Part shown: positions 57,337-64,000 of the stretch, piece by piece
Layout: each line of letters opens with the position of its first letter
Position numbering within the stretch: the first letter of the stretch is position 1
Source of the DNA: a bacterium
GTDB lineage: Bacteria > CSSED10-310 > JAJRTK01
Direction: 5' to 3'
DNA length: 64,000 bases
Assembly: GCA_024278345.1 (NCBI GenBank)
Contig: JAJRTK010000277.1
Coordinates: 3,612-67,611, forward strand
Program-made: the position numbers and the translations under genes
Notes under the pieces: generated by a model
Database searches by the model: none
Seen by the model: only the letters and a program-made list of their open reading frames with translations
What the model was told of the DNA's origin: nothing

Positions 57337-58056
57337 CTATTCGGCGGGACCAGGCGGAACTGGCGTGAACTGGTAACCGACGCCTCGAAGCGTGTGGATG
57401 AACCTTGGCCGGGCAGGATCTACTTCGAACCTTCTCCGCAGCCGCGCAATAAAATTGTCGATGGTTCTTGGCGTCGGAAAGCTATCCCGGCCCCAAACGC
57501 GGTCAAGGATCTCGTCCCTGGACACGACATCTCCCGAACGCTCCGCCAGCAGCTTGAGGAGCAGGCACTCCTTTTGCGTCAATCGCGTCGCCTTCCCATC
57601 GACGCCCACGGCTTCGAAGCGGCCAAAATCAACGCGGTTGGCGCCAAACTCGAGGATCGCGCCAGCACCTGTCTGGTCCGCGTACCACGCACGACGCCGC
57701 AACATTCCCTCCACCCGAAGCAAAAGCTCCTTGAGGTGAAAAGGTTTCGCCAAGTAGTCGTCCGCTCCCAACTCCAAGCCTCGGATACGGTCCTCAGCCC
57801 GCGCCTTCACGGTCAAAAAGAGAATCGGTGTCCGATCCCCCGTGGCCCGAATCCTCTGGCAAACTTCGTAGCCGCTCTTGCCGGGCATCATCACGTCAAG
57901 AATGAGCAGTTCCGGCCGATCCTCGCGCCAGAACTCCAGCGCCTCGTCGCCGTCCTTAGCCCAGAGTACCCGGTACCCCTCGGCCTCCAAGTTGAGGCAG
58001 ACCGCCTCTCCAATATGCTCCTCGTCCTCCGCCAGCAAGATGAGATTCTGGCTCAT
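57337..58056 (-). CDS. OmpR/PhoB-family response regulator.
   Basis: Receiver ILLAEDEEHIGEAVCLNLEAEGYRV…LLILDVMMPGKSG. Winged-helix output domain …TRLTQKECLLLKLLAERSGDVVSRDEILDRVWG. The ATG overlaps the stop of the upstream kinase gene (ATGA). Confidence 0.85.
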   Translation of the reverse strand: MSQNLILLAEDEEHIGEAVCLNLEAEGYRVLWAKDGDEALEFWREDRPELLILDVMMPGKSGYEVCQRIRATGDRTPILFLTVKARAEDRIRGLELGADDYLAKPFHLKELLLRVEGMLRRRAWYADQTGAGAILEFGANRVDFGRFEAVGVDGKATRLTQKECLLLKLLAERSGDVVSRDEILDRVWGRDSFPTPRTIDNFIARLRRRFEVDPARPRFIHTLRGVGYQFTPVPPGPAE

Positions 58057-59240
58057 ACATCCTCCTGCTCTGCCTCCGGAAACTCCACGAATATCGCTGT
58101 TCCCTTGCCCCTCCCAGCACTCTCGGCCCATACATTTCCGCCACCTGCCCGAGCCAGTTGCCGGACAAGATAGAGGCCAAGGCCGCTCCCCCGGACTCTT
58201 CTCACCAATTCATCGCCCTCACGGAAGAAGCGTTCGAAAATCTGCTCCAGGTTCTCCCGCCGAACCCCCACTCCGCAATCTCTCACCACCAGCAGTGACC
58301 GACGCCCCTTCTTCCGAAGCTCCACGCTGATCTTCGGTTTCTTTCCACCATATTTGCGGGCATTGTCCAGCAAGTTCCTTAGGATCAAACGGAGAGTGTC
58401 GAGATCGACGCGGGCTTCGATCCCAGGCTCGATCCGCTTTTCCAGATCCACACCCGCGCGAAGAAGCCAAGGCTCGAGCTCCGAAACGAAAAGTTCCAAC
58501 CGCTCGCTCAAACGAACATCCTCCAAATCGAGCCGGAGCATCCCCCGCTCCATTCGAGCCACCTCCAAAAGGTTCTCCACGAGCTGCTCCAACCGCTCGA
58601 TATCCGATAGCATATTCTCCGAATAGCGGCGCCGCTTATCCAGATCAAGGACGCGCCCCATCAAGAAGGTCTCCACGTAGAGGCGGAGCGAGGCCAAAGG
58701 GCTCTTGAGCTCGTGGCTTACGGCCGCAATGAAGTTCGACTGTTGGAGCTTCAGGGCAACCTCCCGCCAGAGCGTCCTGTAGATGATCGCTAACCCCGCG
58801 AGGATCAGCATCAACAGAAAACTACCTTCGCTGAGGAACATCACAATCTTGTGACGCCGCTCATGGTCGAGCTCTTCCAAAACGCCTGAACAAACGGCAA
58901 TGGAAAAGCCCGCATGACGAGGAATCGGGACTGCTTTCACCAGGCTATCAGAATCGACCACGCAGATTCTTGGAGCGCTCTTCAACGGCCCCAAAACCGG
59001 CGTCCAGTCAGGTGGGAAACCACAGGCGAGCTCGTGACGCCGAGCCTGAAGCTCTCCCCACGTGACCTCGCGGAGCCGCGACGATTGCTCGATGTGGAAA
59101 TAGACCCACCACCCCAACTGCAGCAAATAGAGGAGCGCCACCACGATGAACAACAACAGAACCCGACGGCTCGGTCCCTTTGCGGACGGCGATGGGATGC
59201 TCGTTTCCTTCCCCCTCATCCGGCCATGCTCTTTGGCCAA
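58053..59240 (-). CDS. Sensor histidine kinase (PhoR/EnvZ-like) with two TM helices.
   Basis: H-box AAVSHELKSPLASLRLYVE. N-box LLDNARKYG. G-boxes RDCGVGV and GSGLGLYLV. Two hydrophobic segments flank a ~110-aa periplasmic region. Confidence 0.85.
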   Translation of the reverse strand: MAKEHGRMRGKETSIPSPSAKGPSRRVLLLFIVVALLYLLQLGWWVYFHIEQSSRLREVTWGELQARRHELACGFPPDWTPVLGPLKSAPRICVVDSDSLVKAVPIPRHAGFSIAVCSGVLEELDHERRHKIVMFLSEGSFLLMLILAGLAIIYRTLWREVALKLQQSNFIAAVSHELKSPLASLRLYVETFLMGRVLDLDKRRRYSENMLSDIERLEQLVENLLEVARMERGMLRLDLEDVRLSERLELFVSELEPWLLRAGVDLEKRIEPGIEARVDLDTLRLILRNLLDNARKYGGKKPKISVELRKKGRRSLLVVRDCGVGVRRENLEQIFERFFREGDELVRRVRGSGLGLYLVRQLARAGGGNVWAESAGRGKGTAIFVEFPEAEQEDV

Positions 59241-59299
59241 CAGGCACCCCCTTTTTTTTCCTCCAACCCCATGATCGTCAACAATGGCGATGACATTCC

Positions 59300-59354
59300 G
59301 GGTTGCGTTCCGCTCACGTCACTCACGTCCGTGTCGCGCCGCTCGCCCTATGAC
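59300..59354. repeat. Dispersed repeat R2, copy 2, in the promoter region of the PhoR-like/OmpR-like operon.
   Basis: GGGTTGcgTTCCGCTCACGTCaCTCACGTCCGTgtCgCGCCGCTCGCCC matches window positions 2-54. It lies 60 nt upstream of the kinase start codon (minus strand). Confidence 0.6.
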
Positions 59355-59361
59355 CTCTATA

Positions 59362-61068
59362 TCAAGCCACGGGCCGCCATCCCAGAGCCTCCTCCATCCC
59401 TTCGAGGCTAGCGACGAAAGCCTGGAGCACCACTTCTCCCCCTGCCTCCCGGACAGCTTCCGTCGTCGTCGGGCCAATGGAGAGAATCGCGGGCAAACGC
59501 CCATCCATGGCCTCCACCAAAGATCGGGCCGCCGATGGCGAGCCCACGAGAACTAGGGTGTCCGGCGTGAGCAACGCGATCTCCGGCTCGGTGAGAGGAA
59601 CAGAAACCGTTTCGTACAGATCGACCTCTTCCACCCTCCATCCGGCATCCCGGAGAGTCTCTTGAAACTCCGTCCGCCCGCCACGGGCTCGGAGCACCAA
59701 CGCTCGGCCAGGCCCGGAAACTCCGCCATCCCGAAGCAAGCGCCTGGCCAGGTCTCCCGACGACTCGCCCGGACTGGCCTCAAGAATCCCATGGACTCCA
59801 AGATCTCCCCGAATCGCGGCGGCGGATGCCCGCCCCATGGCAAGAACCCGAGCGCCCGACAAAGCAGGACAATCCCCCATTCGCCTCTCCACGTCGTTCA
59901 AATGTTCCCGAAAACAACGAACCGCCATCTTGCTCGTGAAAAGGCAAACCTCGAAATCTTCGTCCGCCCGGCAAACCCGCGCCAACTCTTCTCCGCAATC
60001 CAACATCCGCTGCCGAATGAGAGGCCGGACGCGGACCTTGGCGCCCCTCCGCCGAAGCCTCTCCGCCAGGGACTCGGTTCGCTGGTCAAAGCTGGTTCCG
60101 ATCCAGACCGAAACCCCTTCCAGGTCGCCCCGGCGCCCAGCTTTCCAGTGGAGCGTCGCCGCAGCCCGGGCGACCAGGTCTTCGCCTCCAGCCACAAAAG
60201 ATCGAACAACCCCTGCTCCCGGAATCTTGGGATCTCCTTCCTGGCCCTCTTTCGACGGCGCCCAGGCCGCCCAAAGCTCCTTCCGGCCCGTTCTCCGGTC
60301 GATCCGACAATGGGCGCCCAGCGGGATCTGGCAACCGCCGCCAAGAGCGGCCAGGAGTCCCCGCTCCACGGCCACCGCTTCCGCCGTGGCCGGATGGTGA
60401 AGGCGCTCCAGAATCGCCCGGGTGGTCTTGTCACCGGATCGGCACTGGATCCCCAGTGCCCCCTGTGCCGCAGCCGGGACCATTTCGTCAAGACGGAGCT
60501 CCCGCAAAACCATGCCCTCACGCCGCGCCTCCGCGTCAAGGCCCAACCGCTCCAACCCGGCAGCCGCCAGCACAATGGCATCGAATCGGCCTTCCACCAA
60601 CCGCCGAAGACGGGTGGGCACATTTCCCCGGAGTGGCTCAACCCGTAGATCACACTGCCGCGCCAAAAGCTGAAACCGGCGGCGATTAGAGCTCGTCCCC
60701 ACCACGGAGCCCGGTGCCAGACAAAGGGGCTGCTCCGGATCGTGGGCCGAAGGACGAATTAAAAGCAGATCCAGGGAGTTGGCGCGAACCGGAATCGCCG
60801 CCACCGTCAAGCCCTCCGGCTCCTCCGTGGGCAGATCTTTCAGGGAATGAACCGCAATGTCCACCGTCGAAGAAAGAAGTGCCTTCTCAAGCTCCGAAGT
60901 GAAAAAACCCTTCCCCTCCAGTTTGTCGAAGGTCACGTCCTGGATTCGATCACCCTGGGTCCGAATAATCTGAAGCTCACAATTCCCCACACCGGCAGCC
61001 AGAAGCAGACCCTTCACATACTCCGCCTGCCAAAGAGCCAGACGGCTTCCACGCGTTCCCAAAATCAT
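59362..61068 (-). CDS. hemC: Bifunctional porphobilinogen deaminase (hydroxymethylbilane synthase) / uroporphyrinogen-III synthase, HemC-HemD fusion.
   Basis: N-terminal HemC signature MILGTRGSRLALWQAEYV…IIRTQGDRIQD and the cofactor-Cys region GGCQIPLGAHC. The C-terminal ~250 aa are HemD-like (Rossmann-like halves with conserved Gly/Thr patterns). The listed ORF's first 38 codons are unlikely to be translated. Confidence 0.8.
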   Translation of the reverse strand: MILGTRGSRLALWQAEYVKGLLLAAGVGNCELQIIRTQGDRIQDVTFDKLEGKGFFTSELEKALLSSTVDIAVHSLKDLPTEEPEGLTVAAIPVRANSLDLLLIRPSAHDPEQPLCLAPGSVVGTSSNRRRFQLLARQCDLRVEPLRGNVPTRLRRLVEGRFDAIVLAAAGLERLGLDAEARREGMVLRELRLDEMVPAAAQGALGIQCRSGDKTTRAILERLHHPATAEAVAVERGLLAALGGGCQIPLGAHCRIDRRTGRKELWAAWAPSKEGQEGDPKIPGAGVVRSFVAGGEDLVARAAATLHWKAGRRGDLEGVSVWIGTSFDQRTESLAERLRRRGAKVRVRPLIRQRMLDCGEELARVCRADEDFEVCLFTSKMAVRCFREHLNDVERRMGDCPALSGARVLAMGRASAAAIRGDLGVHGILEASPGESSGDLARRLLRDGGVSGPGRALVLRARGGRTEFQETLRDAGWRVEEVDLYETVSVPLTEPEIALLTPDTLVLVGSPSAARSLVEAMDGRLPAILSIGPTTTEAVREAGGEVVLQAFVASLEGMEEALGWRPVA

Positions 61069-61196
61069 ATCGATCCCCGAGATGAGGCACCGCCCCAAAC
61101 CCAGGGCGCCGCAGTGAAACAAGGGGGAAACTATACCAGATGAGGACCCTTGCTTCGAGCCGCCGGAGCGCCGGCTGGCCAATCGTCCGGCACCGG

Positions 61197-62750
61197 TTAC
61201 TGGCAGGGGCAGAGCGTCTCGAATTCGCCGACGACCCGGTCCATCAGCTCTCCGACTTTCGGGACCTGCCGCTCAAACCAGCTATCGAGCTCCGCCTTTT
61301 CCAGATCCGACAAAGACCGGTATGCTTTTCTGTGCAGCTTCTTCGGTGTGGCAAGGGCGCAGATGAAATCACCGCGGCGACAGATCCCGACAGCCCCGGT
61401 GCCAATGGCTTCCACAGCTTGGTCGAGTCTATCGCACGGCCGGAAACAATCACAGCCACCGAGCATTCCACGAAGCTCCGTCATGAGAACCTTGTGCGCA
61501 CGGCGAACCAGGAGGCCGGACCAACTCTCGCCTTTTTCTGAAAGCCCCGGTCTGGAGACATACCGTTCCAAACCCGCCGACAAGGCACCCGCTGTCCTCG
61601 CAAGCTGCTCTTCCCGTTCCACCTTGCGAATTTCAAGGAGCGCCTTGTCCAATAGCTCAAGCGCCTTCCCAAGCTCAGCCTGGCGAGAATCCCGCGTTTC
61701 GTCGGCCCGCCGGCGGAGGTCCTCCACTCCAACAAGCTCTACACCGCGGAGATCAGCGACATTCCGTTCCACATCCGCCGGCACCGCAAGATCGATGATG
61801 AGAAGCTCGGTGACATCCTTGTCCACGGGAAGCATGGACGCAACTTCCCTTTTCCCCACCAGCGCCGTGGGAGCTGAAGTCCCGGTCACCAAGAGATCAA
61901 GCTTGGGAGGAGCATCCAAGAAACTCCGCAAATCACGGGCGACGCCTCCATAAATCCGCGCCAGGTCTTCCGCGCGCTCCAAGGTCCGGTTCACGAAAAG
62001 AAGACGCCCTCGTCCCTCCTCCTTCAGAAGCGCTGCAACTTTGATGATGATCTCTCCGGCACCAAGGAGCGCCACCACCGGCTCCGCCACCCACCGAAGG
62101 TGTTCCCGCACCTGCTGGGCCACCAGCGAGACCATGGAAACCCGCCCAGCTCCAAGGCCAGTCTCCCGCCGGACCTTCCGGGCCAGCCGCGCCGCGGCGT
62201 CAAACAAGCTCGAGACCCGAGGCCCCACGCGCTTTTCTACCCGAGCCACCTGAAAGGCTCGCTTCATCTGTCCCAGGATTTGGGCTTCGCCAAGAACCAT
62301 GGAATCCAGTGAAGCCGCCATCCGGAAAACGTACCGAACTGCTTCCCGGCCCGCGTAGTAGTGGAGATCTTCCGGGCCAAATTCCTCTTCCCCACACCCA
62401 AAAAGCCTCAGAAGCTCCCCGGACCGCGGATCGGAGGCTCCAGCCAAAGGCTCTTCAGAGCTGTACACCAGCTCAATTCGGTTGCAGGTGCCCACGTAGA
62501 CCAATTCGTCGAATCCAAGGCGCTCCTGAACGCGGTCCAAAACCTCGGCTCGGCTCTCTTCGGTTAGCCGCATTCCCAGGGATCGCTCGAAAGCCGAACT
62601 CCGGAAACTGATCCCCACAACTCCCAGCTTGACCGCCAGCTTATCCGAAAGCGGCGGGACGGGGAGAGACGAATCATCCACTACGCGAGCTTCTCTCTGG
62701 GACGCACGATTGCACAACAACATCGTCTTTGTTCCGGTTGGGCTTGACAC
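61197..62750 (-). CDS. hemA: Glutamyl-tRNA reductase (HemA) with an unusual Cys-rich C-terminal extension of about 85 aa.
   Basis: Catalytic motif VYVGTCNRIELVY. NADPH-binding LLGAGEIIIKVAALL. Dimerisation helix. The extra C-terminus CDCFRPC…ICRRGDFIC…LCPCQ is not present in standard HemA. The real start is probably downstream of the listed ATG. Confidence 0.8.
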   Translation of the reverse strand: MSSPTGTKTMLLCNRASQREARVVDDSSLPVPPLSDKLAVKLGVVGISFRSSAFERSLGMRLTEESRAEVLDRVQERLGFDELVYVGTCNRIELVYSSEEPLAGASDPRSGELLRLFGCGEEEFGPEDLHYYAGREAVRYVFRMAASLDSMVLGEAQILGQMKRAFQVARVEKRVGPRVSSLFDAAARLARKVRRETGLGAGRVSMVSLVAQQVREHLRWVAEPVVALLGAGEIIIKVAALLKEEGRGRLLFVNRTLERAEDLARIYGGVARDLRSFLDAPPKLDLLVTGTSAPTALVGKREVASMLPVDKDVTELLIIDLAVPADVERNVADLRGVELVGVEDLRRRADETRDSRQAELGKALELLDKALLEIRKVEREEQLARTAGALSAGLERYVSRPGLSEKGESWSGLLVRRAHKVLMTELRGMLGGCDCFRPCDRLDQAVEAIGTGAVGICRRGDFICALATPKKLHRKAYRSLSDLEKAELDSWFERQVPKVGELMDRVVGEFETLCPCQ

Positions 62751-63339
62751 TCAGGCCTTCAAGTGAGACAGGGTCGGGGCGAAAAGGATAGCGGACCATC
62801 AAACAAGGGCTGAAAACAGCTCGGGGGATCGTCATTTTTCCTGGCGTGCGTTCCGCTCGGGCCGCTCAGCGCTCTTAGCCCTCACCGCTTCGCCGGCCAA
62901 CGGGTCGGAAGGTCCAACCAAATGACTCACCCCACCTTGGTTTCCATTAATAAACCCTGGCTGGCGATCTTTTGTCACCGAAATGTCACGAGGCAAAGGA
63001 AAATAATGGGACAGAGATGGTCCTGTTTCTCCCCCGCGAGCCGGCCCTCGTTGGCAATCACCCGAGCTCGGGGGTCTTCACGCAAAACGGGACAAGGGGT
63101 CGCCGGGGAAAAACTTGAGCCCATTTTGCCCGTTTCTCGCCCATTTTCCGCGCAACCCTTCCCTCAACGGGGGCCTCGTCCATCGGTGGTGCCTTCGGCA
63201 GCTCTCGCTATCCATCGGCCCCAGGCCCCCATGAAATTGGGACACAGCGCCAGGGCTTCCAGCCCTGGAACCTGGCGGAGACGCCGGCTATCGCCCGCGG
63301 CGATGTTCTCCGCCGCGCTGACGCTCCGCCCCAAGAAGG

Positions 63340-63951
63340 CTAGAGTGGCCAGTCCTCTTCCACGCTTCGCGCTCGTTTGTAAATGAAGACATCGGGGTCG
63401 GGACTCTGGCCGATGGCCAGCATCCACGTGATCAAGAATGCGTGGAAAGAGACTGTCCCAGAGAGGACCAACCAACTGGGGATAAAGCTGTACCCCAATG
63501 CAGCGTAAACATCCGGGAAGTCGCTCAGGTCGCGGGCGAGACCGACATGACCGTTCTGAAAATCGACCTCCGTCAAAACACGCAACAGCCAACTGCCGAG
63601 CAAAATGAGGAAAACCCATATATAGTTCCGCCGCAACCGCGATCCCGTGGCCTTCCAAAAGCTCATCTTGTAGGAAGGCATCAAGAGATCCTCCGCAAGC
63701 TGCTCCCGCCATCGGCCCTGAAGAATCGGAGCATCAAACATGAGCATGGGAACCATGAGGTGGGCTTCCAAAAGCCGGGTCCTGGCACGCCAGACGTCGT
63801 AAAACCGGTATCTCCGGCCCTCTATGCACATCAACAGGAAGACGATGACCCCGCCCAGGGGGATCAGCAAGTGGGGTGCATCGGGGCGGCTGAAAGTGAA
63901 CGAGATTGTGGCCACTGCCGCACCGATGGCCCAGTTGGTCGTCGCATCCAT
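63340..63951 (-). CDS. Hypothetical integral membrane protein (4 TM).
   Basis: Four hydrophobic helices with Arg-rich cytoplasmic loops. Coherent ORF. No motif recognised. Confidence 0.4.
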   Translation of the reverse strand: MDATTNWAIGAAVATISFTFSRPDAPHLLIPLGGVIVFLLMCIEGRRYRFYDVWRARTRLLEAHLMVPMLMFDAPILQGRWREQLAEDLLMPSYKMSFWKATGSRLRRNYIWVFLILLGSWLLRVLTEVDFQNGHVGLARDLSDFPDVYAALGYSFIPSWLVLSGTVSFHAFLITWMLAIGQSPDPDVFIYKRARSVEEDWPL

Positions 63952-64000
63952 CCGGACTCGCCAAACATTCCCACGGGTGATCTCCGCCCGGTAGAAGTGG

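Noticed and set aside
61069-61182. Upstream in-frame extension of the hemC-hemD ORF (MASRRSGGSKQ…).
   Set aside because: HemC proteins begin directly with the (M)xxxGxRxSxLA motif, found here at MILGTRGSRLALW. The extension lacks homology-like features.
62922-63386. A 154-aa + strand ORF in the hemA upstream region.
   Set aside because: It is a low-complexity Arg/Pro/Ser-rich translation without a ribosome-binding site. It overlaps the more convincing minus-strand membrane-protein gene, so it is likely non-coding promoter DNA.
1-64000. CRISPR arrays, tRNA or rRNA genes, and transposases or integrases bounding a mobile element.
   Set aside because: No periodic short-repeat/spacer pattern, no tRNA-like T-arm (GGTTCGAATCC) context and no transposase or recombinase motifs were seen. 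The three dispersed repeat families have no terminal inverted repeats typical of IS elements. R1's termini pair only as an RNA stem.

Overview
This is a 64-kb high-GC (about 60-65%) bacterial chromosomal segment. The FadL-family outer-membrane protein, TolB-like propeller and lipoproteins indicate a diderm organism. I cannot place it phylogenetically from sequence alone. Coding density is high, with about 45 supported CDSs. I found no rRNA, no convincing tRNA, no CRISPR array, and no transposase or integrase.

Housekeeping blocks:
- A heat-shock locus, dnaK-dnaJ-hspR-dnaJ, with a HAIR-like inverted repeat over the dnaK promoter and no grpE.
- Purine genes: a 1023-aa purL overlapping purQ.
- Heme genes: hemA and a hemC-hemD fusion at 59-63 kb; hemE and hemY at 46-48 kb.
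- alr and a trmJ-like methyltransferase.
- A FadL, crotonase, HMGL/LeuA-like lyase and phasin-like cluster.

Accessory content:
- A putative exosortase-type sorting locus: a BNR-repeat secreted protein with a PEP-CTERM-like tail, then TPR protein, lipoprotein, and a minimal exosortase-like membrane protein.
- A 2046-aa surface nuclease with six lamin-tail domains, an EEP nuclease domain, DUF11 repeats, and an LPSVG-TM-RRHR C-terminal anchor.
- Two Ser/Thr kinases, one fused to AAA plus TPR and one fused to a formylglycine-generating-enzyme (FGE) domain.
- Two tandem paralogous REC-GAF-HisKA-HATPase-REC hybrid kinases.
- An OmpR/PhoR-type two-component pair, two coupled GT2 glycosyltransferases, and an ATP-grasp plus GT-C membrane protein pair.

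The most unusual signals are three families of dispersed conserved non-coding repeats:
- R1 is a ~150-nt element with a closing stem and a conserved internal hairpin (17956-18105 and 36694-36843). It sits upstream of secreted-protein genes and is a candidate structured cis-regulatory RNA or riboswitch.
- R2 is a ~50-nt element with tandem CTCACGTC direct repeats (2-54 and 59300-59354). One copy lies in the promoter region of the OmpR-family operon, which suggests a response-regulator binding site.
- R3 is a ~55-nt GC-rich repeat (26268-26326 and 54626-54682).

All product calls rest on motifs recognised by eye. No database searches were run.
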